A stretch of DNA of 64,000 nt from an uncultured Acidimicrobiia bacterium (GTDB lineage: Bacteria; Acidobacteriota; Terriglobia; Versatilivoradales; Versatilivoraceae): assembly GCA_963786955.1 (NCBI GenBank), contig CAWBAT010000005.1, positions 1,164,127 to 1,228,126 of the forward strand, read 5' to 3'. The notes below the pieces were generated by a model. That model saw only the letters and a program-made list of their open reading frames with translations. It did no database searches and was not told where the DNA came from. The position numbers were made by a program, and so were the translations under genes. Of the stretch, positions 51,703 to 62,373 are shown piece after piece (the first letter of the stretch is position 1; the number at the start of each line of letters is the position of its first letter).

Positions 51703-54318
51703 TTATTCTTCTACTTTCGATTTAAATTCATTCAATTTTTGCAAAGCCTGTAGAGGAGTAAGCTCGTCAGGATTTATTTGGCGGAGTTCTTCAAGCACTT
51801 CATGATCACTCAGGACAAACAAATTCAGTTGATTCTCCAAGGAGGTTTGCTTTCGTTTGAAACTTCGCGTCAGTTGATCGCTGATTTCGTGTTCCCCCTC
51901 TTCATGCTTTTTCAGAATGTCGCGAGCTCTTTCCAAGACGCTGGAGGGGAGGCCAGCAAGCCTGGCGACTTCAATCCCGTAACTCTTATCTGCTGCTCCC
52001 GGCTCCACCTTTCGAAGAAAAATAATTTCTTGACCCACTTCCTTGACGGAGACATGGTAGTTCTTCACTCCAGGCAAAAGATCTGCCAGCTCGGTCAGTT
52101 CATGGTAATGAGTCGCGAACAAGACTTTGGAACGCAAGTGACAATGGAGGAATTCGATGACTGCCCAGGCTATCGCCAATCCATCAAATGTGGCTGTTCC
52201 GCGTCCAATTTCATCCAAAATGACAAGGCTTCGGGAAGAAGCGGCATTGAGAATCACTGCCGTTTCGGTCATCTCAACCATAAAGGTGGAGCGGCCGCGT
52301 GCGAGATTATCGGTTGCGCCGATTCGAGTGAAAATACGATCAATCAGCGGCAATCGCGCATAGTCTGCCGGGACAAAAGAACCCATTTGCGCCATGATGG
52401 AAAAAAGAGCCGTCTGCCGGAGGTACGTCGATTTTCCTCCCATGTTTGGTCCGGTAATGATGAGGATTTGATCGGTGGAATCATTTAGATAGAGATCATT
52501 GGGAATGAACTTTCCAAGCGAAAGTTGATCGGTGAGCTGTTCGATGACCGGGTGGCGACCTCCTTTCACGATAAACTCGCCATCGGGTGCAATTTCTGGT
52601 CTGACATAAGAATGGGAATGCGCCACTTCAGTGAGAGAAATCAAGCAGTCTAATTGTGCCAGGGCCGATGCGCATCGCCTGATCCGTCACTGCTTCCAGC
52701 GCAACTTTGGAACGAAGTTCTGTAAAGAGCTCATATTCAATTTCTACCATCCGGTCTTCTGCCCCAAGAACTTTACGTTCATATTCCTTTAGTTCAGAAG
52801 TTGTAAACCGCTCAGCGCCGACCAGGGTTTGTTTCCTTTCGTAATGTGAAGGAACCAGGCCCAGATGGGACCTGGACACCTCGAGGTAATATCCAAAAAT
52901 GTTATTAAACCTTACCTTTAGATTACTAATCCCGGAAAGAGAACGTTCACGGGACTCCAATTCTGCGATAAATTGCTTCCCTGAGGTACTGATCTGACGA
53001 AGCTCATCGAGCTCACTATGGTAGCCCTCTCGAATCAATCCGCCCTCAGTGAGCAGGATAGGAGGGTTATCTTTTAGAGCTTTTCCGATGAGTTCGGCAA
53101 CGTCCTCCAATGGATCTGCCAAGTGGTTCAGTTCTTGGAGGCGCCGCGTGGCGAATGATCCCAAGCGGGTTTTGAGGAAAGGGATTTGTTCCAGGGATTG
53201 TCGGAGAGCGACAAGGTCCCGCCCGTTGGCTGTAGACAGCGTTACCTTGGAAAGCAATCGCTCGACATCGTAGACCTTCTGAAGAAGTTTCTTAATTTCT
53301 TCGCGCTCGATCAATTTCCCTTTTAGTTCAGTAATGACATCTAGCCGCAATTGGATCTCGTTCAAATCAATTTCAGGGCGCAGCAACCAGCTTCTGAGCA
53401 ATCGTGCGCCCATGCCCGTCGAAGTTCGATCCAGACAAGAAATCAAAGTCGCATGTCTGGTACCGTCGAAGAGAGATTCCACTAACTCAAGGTTACGGAC
53501 CGTCGAGGAATCCAGTACCAGTGCTCCGCTCAGATCGTAGTATTTCAAATGGTCGATATGGCTTAGCCGGGCTTTCTGGGTGTCCTTCACATAATGTAAA
53601 ACTGCTCCAGCCGCGGCCACAGCGAGCTTACGATCCTGGCAACCGAATCCTTCAAGGCTCATCACTCCAAAATGCTCGGTCAGCGTGCGTTCGGCGTAGT
53701 CTGTCGAAAAGATCCAATCTTCAATGATTGTTTGTGACGGGATAAACTGGACAATTTGGTGAAGCCTTTCGTGCGGCGGGAGAGAGGCATGAATCAGTTC
53801 TTTTGGTCTAAGGCGTTCTAGCTCGGTCTGAAACTGTTCAAAGCGTTTTCTCCCTTGAACTCCGTGGTCTGAAAGTCTCCCGTCGAAATATCGAGGGAAG
53901 CCAGGCCCACGCCGCTCCGATCTACCCACAGGGCACTCAAGAAATTGTTCTCCTGTGGTTCCAACAGGTTTCCGTCGGCAACCGTACCCGGAGTCAATAC
54001 TCGGCTGACTTCCCGTCGAACCAGTTTTTGTGAAGGTTTGGGTCGTTCAACTTGGTCGCAGACGGCAATTTTGTATCCTTTCCTGACGAGTTTTGCCATA
54101 TAACTGTCTGCGGCGTGATACGGGACTCCACACATGGGTACGGACAGCCCTTTTTCCTTGTTTCGGGAAGTGAGGGTGATCTCCAGTTCACGGGAGGCGA
54201 CTACAGCGTCCTCAAAGAAGAGTTCATAGAAATCCCCCAGACGAAAGAAGACGAGCGCATGCGGATATTCTTTCTTCACCCGATGGTACTGCGTCATCAT
54301 AGGGGTTGAGGGTTCCAT
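51703..54318 (-). pseudogene. mutS: DNA mismatch repair protein MutS, reading frame broken twice
   Basis: N-terminal mismatch-binding domain ([30 protein letters not shown]), core, and C-terminal ABC ATPase (ITGPNMGGKSTYLRQ, DEIGRGT) in three overlapping frames. Junctions near 53818-53929 and 52628-52644. Confidence 0.85.
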
Positions 54319-54529
54319 GGAATCCATTCTCCCTTGGCAGGAGGGGTCATGCGGAGAAACGGTTGGTGCCAAAAATCCTGGAAGTATATAATTCCGGTGT
54401 TTACGAGTGTCAACGCGACCCGTTCCCGGTTGGCGGGCCTCGTGTACACAATACATTTAAACTCCGCATAGGGAGAAAAGAAAAAAGATCTTCTCGTGTT
54501 TTCGAATTCTCTGATGTGACCTCGGTCAA

Positions 54530-55186
54530 ATGAATATTCTCTGTATTGATACGTCCTCCAGTGCCGGAAGCGTCGTTCTCGTTTGTGGAGAAAGAGTTCT
54601 TGGAGAACTTCATGTGGATTCACTACAGACTCATTCTGCCCGCTTATTATCGGGGATCGACGCAGTTCTCAAGAGCGCCAATCAGACGATATCCAACGTG
54701 GATGGGTTTGCCGTGATCTCTGGGCCGGGGTCATTTACGGGGATTCGCATCGGGCTGACCACAGTGAAGGGATTGGCGGATTCAATGCGGAAACCCGCCA
54801 TCCCGATAACGTCATTTGAGGCATGGGTCGAGAAACATCACGATCTTCAAGGCATCCTGGTTCCGCTCATTCCGGCACGTCGTGGCGAGGTCTACGCATG
54901 TGTTTACGAACGTCGGGGATCAGAATTAAAGATGCTTTCGGACGGGATCGGAGGAGAAGTGGCAAGTGTCATTGCACAGATTTCGGAGGCAGAAGTCAGT
55001 TTCATTGGTTTTGGTGCCCACCAATATCGAGAAATCATCGAGGGAAGAGGAAGAGGGCAATGGAAGATTTTTGCGACGGATCTCTTTCTAGGACAACCTA
55101 TGGCTCGGATTGCATATCAGCGCGCCACCAAGAAAAGAATTTTGCTCTGCGCAAGACCTGGCTGCTTTCTACTTGCGACAGTCTGA
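54530..55186 (+). CDS. tsaB: tRNA threonylcarbamoyladenosine biosynthesis protein TsaB
   Basis: MNILCIDTSS...ISGPGSFTGIRIGL; 218 aa, intact. Confidence 0.8.
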   Translation: MNILCIDTSSSAGSVVLVCGERVLGELHVDSLQTHSARLLSGIDAVLKSANQTISNVDGFAVISGPGSFTGIRIGLTTVKGLADSMRKPAIPITSFEAWVEKHHDLQGILVPLIPARRGEVYACVYERRGSELKMLSDGIGGEVASVIAQISEAEVSFIGFGAHQYREIIEGRGRGQWKIFATDLFLGQPMARIAYQRATKKRILLCARPGCFLLATV

Positions 55187-55213
55187 CGCGGAGATTCACT
55201 GGAAAGAAAGGTA

Positions 55214-55726
55214 ATGGTTTCCGTTCGACCCATGCAGGAAGAAGATATTCCAGGCATTATCGCCCTTGAAAATAGCTGGGATTATCTGAGCAAGTGGGGA
55301 GAGCAAGGATACCGTGCAGCACTGGCGAACCCAATCATCTATTATTGTTTTGTGGCTGAAGAGGAAGGGGTTGCGGTTCCAGAAGGGCCAGCGCACGAAT
55401 TGGCAGGCTTGGCCATCTTCGCACAGTTGTTTGATCATAGTGAAATCTGCAATATTGTAGTGGCCCGTCAGTACTTGTCCAAAGGTGTCGGACAAGAATT
55501 GATTCAGGCGTGTATTCGGCTCTCCGAAAAAATGGGTCTTTCGCCTATGCTTTTGGAAGTTAGGCAGTCCAATGAACGGGCCATTCGGTTTTATGAAAAA
55601 AATGGTTTCCACAAAATTGCCGAGCGTAAGGATTACTATATGGATCCAAGAGAAAACGCTTGGGTGATGGAGAGGACAATCCAAGCGGCAGGTACTGACG
55701 GACAACGCCAGGCTACTCAATTATGA
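55214..55726 (+). CDS. rimI: ribosomal-protein-alanine N-acetyltransferase (GNAT)
   Basis: GNAT motifs (VARQYLSKGVGQEL); adjacent to tsaB as usual. Confidence 0.75.
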   Translation: MVSVRPMQEEDIPGIIALENSWDYLSKWGEQGYRAALANPIIYYCFVAEEEGVAVPEGPAHELAGLAIFAQLFDHSEICNIVVARQYLSKGVGQELIQACIRLSEKMGLSPMLLEVRQSNERAIRFYEKNGFHKIAERKDYYMDPRENAWVMERTIQAAGTDGQRQATQL

Positions 55727-56125
55727 ACGAACGAGGAACCCACACAGCAGGGTGGTGGGCCTCATCCAGAAGAACGGGCTTTCTTTCTTTGTCCAAGCTC
55801 TACCTCGGTAGGAGAAGAGTAGGAGGTGTGGAAGACTGCGGGCTCCGCCATGGATTCCCCCGTTGATAGAAAGTGTGCATTATGACTTGTTTTTGCAATC
55901 GAGCTGAGGAGGAAGCTACCATGAGCGGGAAGCAGAAGCCATTGTCGATGATGCGGAGAAGAGGTAATGGGCTTCGGGGAGTGCCTTCTCACTGTCCTGA
56001 ATGGCGGGAACGCAGTCTCGAATCTCTTGCACCCATGAGCTCGCGCCCGATTCTCAAATTTTCCAAGGGTCGGGCACAGATCTTGGCGGTATCGGCACGA
56101 CAGTCGAGCCGTTCTTTGTGAAATG

Positions 56126-56455
56126 TTATCTCTTGACTTGTGCAGGTTCGACCACGGCGGACATCGATCCCCGACAATGCGGGATTCTTTGATCAGGCCC
56201 GTAGGCATGAACCTGATCGCGGCCAAATTCCGCCTCTTTTAGGCTGCAGGTGACGAGGATCGTTCGCCCGGTTAAATCCACTTCCATAGCGTGGCTGAAG
56301 GCTTCCTGAGTTGAAAAATAGAATAGGAACTGCAACATCTCAATAACATAGTCGTAGCTGTGGTCATCGTCATTAAGGAGAACCACGTTGTAGAGAGGTT
56401 CTGCCGCGGGTTGCTTTTGGGTTCGAGTGTCTTTGTCGGCCTTGGTGGATGGCAT
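56126..56455 (-). CDS. clpS: ATP-dependent Clp protease adaptor ClpS
   Basis: LYNVVLLNDDDHSYDYVIEML matches the ClpS core. Confidence 0.7.
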   Translation of the reverse strand: MPSTKADKDTRTQKQPAAEPLYNVVLLNDDDHSYDYVIEMLQFLFYFSTQEAFSHAMEVDLTGRTILVTCSLKEAEFGRDQVHAYGPDQRIPHCRGSMSAVVEPAQVKR

Positions 56456-56713
56456 CGTTCAGGCTGGCAGGAAGAATCACTACTAAATTCATGCATCGAA
56501 ACACACTCACATCATAAAACAGCTTATCAGTCAGGTAAAGAACGGTGTCATCAGCAACAGGTTCTTTTTAAATGAACTCAAACTTGTTGCACGAAACTTT
56601 ACAATTCAACTACCGTGGCCTGGTAAAATGAAAGTACTTTTAGGTGTGAAATTCATTTCGTGATTCAATCGGTACTGTTCCATTTGCCGTTAGTCCCTAA
56701 AGGAGGACTTTCA

Positions 56714-57946
56714 ATGCTGGACAAAAAGATTGGCCGTCGAAAATTCGTCAAAAATGTTTCCATGGCCGGGGCTTCAGCAGTTATAGCCACTTCGCGTACA
56801 AGACCCGTTCTCGGCGCCAATGATCGTGTCGTGATGGGAATCATCGGTTCGGGCGGCATGGGCCGGAATCATCTGAATAAAACCAAGACTCTGGGAGTGG
56901 AATGGGTTGCTGTAGCCGACGTCTACGATGTCAATCTTCAAAAGGGGCTCGAGATTGCTGGTCCTGCCGCGAAGGGTTATACGGATTATCGACAATTACT
57001 AGACCGAAAAGATATCGATGCCGTGTTGATCGCTACCCCCGAACACTGGCATCATGATCATCTTCTTGCCGCTCTCAAGGCTGGTAAGGATGCGTATTCC
57101 GAAAAACCAATGTCCTGGTCGATCGAGCAAGGATTGGACATGGTCAATGCAGTTCGCAAGACCGATCGAATCGTTCAAATCGGGATGCAGCGGCGAAGTT
57201 CCCCCCTAGTCCGTGAAGCAAAGGCGATTATTGACGAAGGACTTATCGGGGAAATCAATCTGGTCCGAGCAGAGTGGTATTGGAATATTCCAATGCTTAG
57301 TCGAGATCCCACGCTGCCTGGCAAACTTGATTGGGATGCATTTCTGGGGCCTGCCCCGAAGATCCCTTTCGACGCCATTCGCTTCAGGAATTGGCGATTC
57401 TTTTGGGATTACTCGGGCGGAAACATGACGGATCAGGGTACCCATTTGCTCGATGTCATTCAATGGTTCAACAATGTTGAACAACCCATTGCAGCTCAAA
57501 CATACGGCACCGTTTACAAACTCCAGCCTTCTCAGACCCCAGACACATTTTGCGCGATATTCGAATTTCCCAAATTCATGTGTACCTGGACCCTAGCCTA
57601 CATGAACACATTCATGAAAGGTTGGGGGGTTGTCTTTCAAGGACAGAAAGGAACTCTGGAATTGTCCGAAGATGGATATCGCGTCTTTGCTGAACCCTGG
57701 AGCGAGAAAGGCTACGATCGATTTAAGACGCCGACTCCGATCCGGCAAAATCTCGCGGGTGGAGCGACCGATACCCTTCCCCATTGGGCAAACTTCCTGG
57801 AATGTGTCAAATCTCGAAAGCAGCCAAATGCGACGGTTGAAATTGGGTTCCGTGCGGTGAGGCCATTGCATCTGGCGAATATCGCCCAGCATAATTTGAA
57901 TCGAGCAGAGCTCGGGGCAGATGGTTATTCCGTAAGATTATCATAA
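56714..57946 (+). CDS. Gfo/Idh/MocA family oxidoreductase with twin-arginine (TAT) signal
   Basis: AGGAGGA RBS; RRKFVKNVSMAGASAVIA TAT signal; Rossmann GIIGSGGMG; EKPM motif. Confidence 0.75.
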   Translation: MLDKKIGRRKFVKNVSMAGASAVIATSRTRPVLGANDRVVMGIIGSGGMGRNHLNKTKTLGVEWVAVADVYDVNLQKGLEIAGPAAKGYTDYRQLLDRKDIDAVLIATPEHWHHDHLLAALKAGKDAYSEKPMSWSIEQGLDMVNAVRKTDRIVQIGMQRRSSPLVREAKAIIDEGLIGEINLVRAEWYWNIPMLSRDPTLPGKLDWDAFLGPAPKIPFDAIRFRNWRFFWDYSGGNMTDQGTHLLDVIQWFNNVEQPIAAQTYGTVYKLQPSQTPDTFCAIFEFPKFMCTWTLAYMNTFMKGWGVVFQGQKGTLELSEDGYRVFAEPWSEKGYDRFKTPTPIRQNLAGGATDTLPHWANFLECVKSRKQPNATVEIGFRAVRPLHLANIAQHNLNRAELGADGYSVRLS

Positions 57947-58181
57947 TTGGGGCCTTGTACTACCTGGTCCACTGCAAATTCATAATTTGAGGGTAAGTCT
58001 AGAGGGTGTCGGGTTTCTACTCTTGCCTAGGATTAGTACCGTGGTCGGCAATTGCACGCGACGTTTTTTGTCTCCTGCGGATTGGGTGTGCTTGCAAATC
58101 TGGAAAATCCCGTTAAGATAATCTATCCCATTCAAGGATACGTTTGCCCCTGAAGACGAAACCTAAAGGAGAGTACTTAAA

Positions 58182-58612
58182 TTGCGATATCCTGAAGATT
58201 TTATTGGCCCAATGCGAAAAGAACTGACTCGCCTTGGGGTTATTGAAACAAAAACCCCTGAGGAAGTGGACAAGCTAATAGCTCCTGGAAGCGGTATAGT
58301 GATGATGATTGTTAATTCGATGTGTGGCTGTGCAGCCGGAGGCGCGCGCCCTGGGATCGCCTTGGCATTGCAACATTCGGTTTTGCCCGATAAGGTCGCG
58401 ACCGTTTTCGCGGGCGGCGATGTTGAAGCGACGGCCAGAGTTCGTGAACACCTGAAAGAATTACCCCCCCTCCTCCCCTTCTGTGGCACTGTTTCAAGAT
58501 GGGAAGCCGCTATTCATGTTGCACCGCCATCAGATTGAGGGTCGCGATCCGGTAGCGATTGCCAATTCTTTGACTCAGGCTTTCGATGAACTCTGCGTGA
58601 AAGAGCCAAAGT
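58182..58612 (+). pseudogene. bacilliredoxin BrxB/YphP-family (DUF1094) protein with a frameshift in a C7 run
   Basis: CGC motif (NSMCGCAAG). The conserved C-terminus HQIEGRDPVAIANSLTQAFDELC is in another frame after the homopolymer ccccccc near 58472-58485. Confidence 0.65.
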
Positions 58613-58715
58613 AACGAAGTGGGACATTAATTCCTTTGATATTGGTCTGCAATTCCCATAGACTAAATTTGATGGATTAGGCTCCCCTGTTGGACTTTTG
58701 TTGTAGGAGGTTACC

Positions 58716-58889
58716 ATGCTAGGCGGAAAAATCGGTCTTCCTGAATTGATTATCATACTGGCAATTGTCTTTTTTCTGTTTGGTGCAAAGCGATTACCCG
58801 AAATTGGCAAAGGGATAGGGGAAGGGATCAAGAACTTCAAGGGTGCAATGAAAAAAGACGAGAAGGACCTCCAGGAGAACAAAGATTAG
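58716..58889 (+). CDS. tatA: twin-arginine translocase subunit TatA/E
   Basis: AGGAGG RBS 5 nt upstream. [42 protein letters not shown]. 57 aa, so it is missed by the 60-aa ORF track. Confidence 0.8.
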   Translation: MLGGKIGLPELIIILAIVFFLFGAKRLPEIGKGIGEGIKNFKGAMKKDEKDLQENKD

Positions 58890-58967
58890 AATGGATTTTG
58901 AGAGTACCAGCCCTGGACCTTCCCTCCCATTGAGAAAACCTCAGTAGAATATCGCATCTGCCAGGTG

Positions 58968-60692
58968 TCAAGTCGCTTTCAGCGCGACAATCGTTTGATC
59001 ATCATATTTCCTGTTATCCAGCGAAAACTGCTCAATCTCCGAGAGGATTTTATCTACTAATCTCTTCACTGGAAGGGACGAGTAGCGCGCCACGGCTTCT
59101 TTTAGGCGATCCACTCCGAATTCCTCTGCCCGCAGATCCCTGGCTTCGAGCAAGCCATCAGTATAGAAAATCACACAATCGCCTGGATTTAGCGCGACCT
59201 TAATTTCTCGGTATTCCGCTTCATCGAAAAGACCCAAGGGAAACCCTTGAACGGAGAGAACCTCGGCCTTTCCTCCCCGGCATACAATGAGCGGAGGGGA
59301 TCCGGCGTTGGAGTACTTGAGGATCCGGGTATTCCCATTATAGATTGCATAAGAGAGGCTCATAAAGCGCCCCTCGATGGCGCGCTGTCGTAACGAGATG
59401 TTCATGAGCCGCAACATTTCTGCTGGCGAATACTTTCGCCCAGCTCGGGTTCGCAAAATGCCGCTGGCAACAGCACCATAGAGGGCTGCAGGTGCTCCCT
59501 TGCCGGATACGTCGCCAATGGCAATAGCGACTGTATCGTCGTCATAAGAGAAAAAGTCGTAAAGATCCCCCCCTAGAATCCGGGCAGGGCGGAATTCTGC
59601 AAAAAAGGTTGTATTAGGGATTTCGGGATACTTGTCGGGAATGAGGGAATATTGAATTTCGCGGGCAAATTTCAGCTCACGATCCAGCAAGGCTTCGGCT
59701 GCGACCACTCTCTCATATAGTCTGGCGTTTTCAATTGCGACCGCCACATGGCTTGCCAATGCCATGAGGGTCTCCTCATGAAAGGGTGTGAAGTAGTTCA
59801 GGAATGGACTTTGGAGATCGAAAACACCGATGGCTTTGTCTTTGTAGATCAGCGGGATGACAAGCTCTGAACGTGTTTCTGGAGTAACGCTGATATAGCG
59901 AGGATCTTTGGTCACGTCATTGATGAGAAGAGGACGCTTTTTCGTGACCGCGGTCCCGACGAGCCCTTTTCCCAATGGGATTCTCGATTTCTCCTTGGCA
60001 TCACGATTGTACTTCACGGAAAGCCAGGATCGAAGCACCTGCTCTTCTTCGTCCACGAGCAGGATAGAAAAGATGTGGTAGTGAAAGACCCGGCGGAGCT
60101 GCTCCGCGACTTTCTTCAGAAGTTGTTCGAGATCAAGAATCGAGGAGAGTTCTTTCCCGATCTCGTTGAGAGTTTCAAGCATCTCACTCTTTGATACAAG
60201 ACTCTCATAGAGGAGCGCATTGTCAATAGCGACAGCCAGTTGGGATGCTAACAGGGTTAAGACTCTCTGGTGATAGGGTTGGAAATAATTGGGCTGGGGA
60301 CTTTCGATGTCCAGAACTCCGACCAGGCGATTCCTCGAGAGCAAAGGAATCGCGAGCTCAGAGCGGACGCCTTCAATCAGATCAATGTAACGAGAATCTC
60401 GGGTTACGTCAGGGACCAAAATCGGTTCACGGCGTAACGCAGCGGTGCCTACCAAACCTTCTCCAATTTTGATGTGCGTCCCTTTAACATTGTCAGGGTA
60501 TCCCAAAGTAAATCGCCAATAGAGGTCCTTCCGGATTTCGTCGACCAGTAGAATAGCGAAAATCTGGTAGTCGATGAACCGGCGGGTAGTTTCGGCGATC
60601 TTCTCCATAAGTTCGTCGAGGGAAAGAATTGAATTGATTTCTCGACCCACTTCGAAAATCAGCTCAAACAGGTTCTCTTGGTTCGTGGTCAA
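58968..60692 (-). CDS. GAF-GAF-PP2C (SpoIIE-like) serine phosphatase
   Basis: Two GAF-like halves with repeated architecture (LVGVLDIESPQPNYF; AIGVFDLQSPFLNYF). C-terminal PPM phosphatase motifs (GGDLYDF, IGDVSGKG, YTDGLLEA). Confidence 0.8.
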   Translation of the reverse strand: MTTNQENLFELIFEVGREINSILSLDELMEKIAETTRRFIDYQIFAILLVDEIRKDLYWRFTLGYPDNVKGTHIKIGEGLVGTAALRREPILVPDVTRDSRYIDLIEGVRSELAIPLLSRNRLVGVLDIESPQPNYFQPYHQRVLTLLASQLAVAIDNALLYESLVSKSEMLETLNEIGKELSSILDLEQLLKKVAEQLRRVFHYHIFSILLVDEEEQVLRSWLSVKYNRDAKEKSRIPLGKGLVGTAVTKKRPLLINDVTKDPRYISVTPETRSELVIPLIYKDKAIGVFDLQSPFLNYFTPFHEETLMALASHVAVAIENARLYERVVAAEALLDRELKFAREIQYSLIPDKYPEIPNTTFFAEFRPARILGGDLYDFFSYDDDTVAIAIGDVSGKGAPAALYGAVASGILRTRAGRKYSPAEMLRLMNISLRQRAIEGRFMSLSYAIYNGNTRILKYSNAGSPPLIVCRGGKAEVLSVQGFPLGLFDEAEYREIKVALNPGDCVIFYTDGLLEARDLRAEEFGVDRLKEAVARYSSLPVKRLVDKILSEIEQFSLDNRKYDDQTIVALKAT

Positions 60693-61073
60693 GGAGAGCT
60701 ATCCTTCTTGCCTCAACGGCATCATGGGTCTATCTGGCCTGGTATTCTTCTCAGACAAGCGTGGTTTTAAACCGTCCTTAGGAAAATACATCCCGCCAAC
60801 CCATTTGAAAAGAGGAGAATGGAAACACAGGGACGGGCGTGGACTCCTGAGGGTACTTGGCTACCATTCGCGGGGATGATCGATTCGGGATGCATAGAAA
60901 CGGTTTCTCTGCTTGTATTTGCCTTCTTCTAAGTTTCAGGAGTCCGTGCTGCAACTGGTCCCACTGGGGTCATCGTTCCCAGCTAGAGCCGTCCATCCCA
61001 ATGGGTACAACTTAGCTAGGCTACCCACGAACGAAATACCGGCTGAGAGCCAAGAAGTAAGGGACGGAACGCT

Positions 61074-61742
61074 CTAAAGAGCACAACTGCAGTCACCCGG
61101 AATGGCGACTAGGCTACTCCTCAATAATTGATTTTCCAACTCTTCGATTCTGGTGACTCGATACTGATAGCGATCTCCATCGAATGATGTGTTGAGCCAG
61201 GTTGAGAGGATTAATTTCATTTGGTCGATGGAATTGGCTTCAGGGCTTAAAGCCAGGAAATTGGCATCATCATATTTGCGGGAATTACTGGCGCTCAACC
61301 GGTCATAGCACAATGCGGCTCGAATTCCAGGCATCTTATTGGCCAGGATATAAGACCCGGTGCCGGCGCTCTCAATGGCTACCGCCCGATGTGCCTCTCC
61401 AATACTCACGGCAGTGGCAACTCTTAGCTCGGCTGAGGGGCAACGGCTGTTGTCCTGAAGGTCGTCACCACAATCCAGGACCACATACCCATCTCTTTCG
61501 AGAAACTCACCTAATTGCGATTTCAGCGCCCCACACTCCTTATCGCTACTCATGGCGATGCACTTGCTACGAGGTTTCAGATCCAAAATAGTTGCAAGGT
61601 TCTCACACTCAATAATTGTGCTTTGTCGTTGGACTGCTAATTCGCGGGCCAGCGCAGTCACAATAGTCCCTTTTATTACATAACAAGGACTTCCAGGTAA
61701 GAGGTTACTAATGTCATCCCCAGTGAGAACTTGATTTTTCAT
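61074..61742 (-). CDS. rpiB: ribose-5-phosphate isomerase B (RpiB/LacAB family) with an N-terminal extension of about 60 aa
   Basis: [23 protein letters not shown] and DANFLALS...[16 protein letters not shown] match RpiB. The N-terminal 60 aa are unassigned. Confidence 0.6.
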   Translation of the reverse strand: MKNQVLTGDDISNLLPGSPCYVIKGTIVTALARELAVQRQSTIIECENLATILDLKPRSKCIAMSSDKECGALKSQLGEFLERDGYVVLDCGDDLQDNSRCPSAELRVATAVSIGEAHRAVAIESAGTGSYILANKMPGIRAALCYDRLSASNSRKYDDANFLALSPEANSIDQMKLILSTWLNTSFDGDRYQYRVTRIEELENQLLRSSLVAIPGDCSCAL

Positions 61743-62287
61743 TCTTCCTCAAAATGGAAATGGTCGTCAAATTTCGGAACTTCTGGGCATAATCCAGTCC
61801 ATACCCAACGACAAACTCATCAGGAATCTCAAAGCCCACATAGGTGGCTGCTACATCTTTGGTTCTTCGGGACCGCTTACTTAAAAGAGTGCAGATGTTC
61901 AGGGAATTCGGACCGCGTGTCCAGAGATAACGAGACAAATAAATCAAGTGTCAGGCCGGTGTCCAGAATGTCCTCCACGATCAAGACTTCTCTCCCTTGA
62001 ATCGTAGAATCCAGATCTTTGACGATTCTGACCTCGCCGGAGGAGCGCTGACTTTCCTTATAACTAGAAACCGCCATGAAATCCAAAGTAGTGTTTTTGG
62101 GCAAATATCGGATCAAGTCCGCCAGAAAAATACAAGCACCTTTAAGGATGCAGATCAGATGCAGCTGCTTCCCCGTATAGTCGTCCGTTATCCGGATTCC
62201 TAATTCTTTGACTTTGGCCTGGATTTGTTGCGCGTCGATTAGAACATCTAGTTGAGTTGACACCTCAAGGGTATCAGGCGTCATCAT
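61711..62287 (-). pseudogene. hpt: hypoxanthine phosphoribosyltransferase, 1 frameshift
   Basis: [14 protein letters not shown] PRTase motif in one frame. The C-terminal [43 protein letters not shown] is in the ORF 61714..61947. Confidence 0.7.
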
Positions 62288-62373
62288 TAAACCCCAGATA
62301 TATTTGATGCCCGAATTATTCTACTGTATCCTATCCGTAATCGTGGTGCAAGCCGGACGCGCAGGAAGGCAGC

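Noticed and set aside
55727-56125. 400-nt gap downstream of clpS with a 154-aa ORF (55762..56226), considered as a possible clpA remnant
   Set aside because: No frame shows ClpA N-domain or AAA motifs and the ORF overlaps clpS out of frame. Treated as non-coding or unknown.
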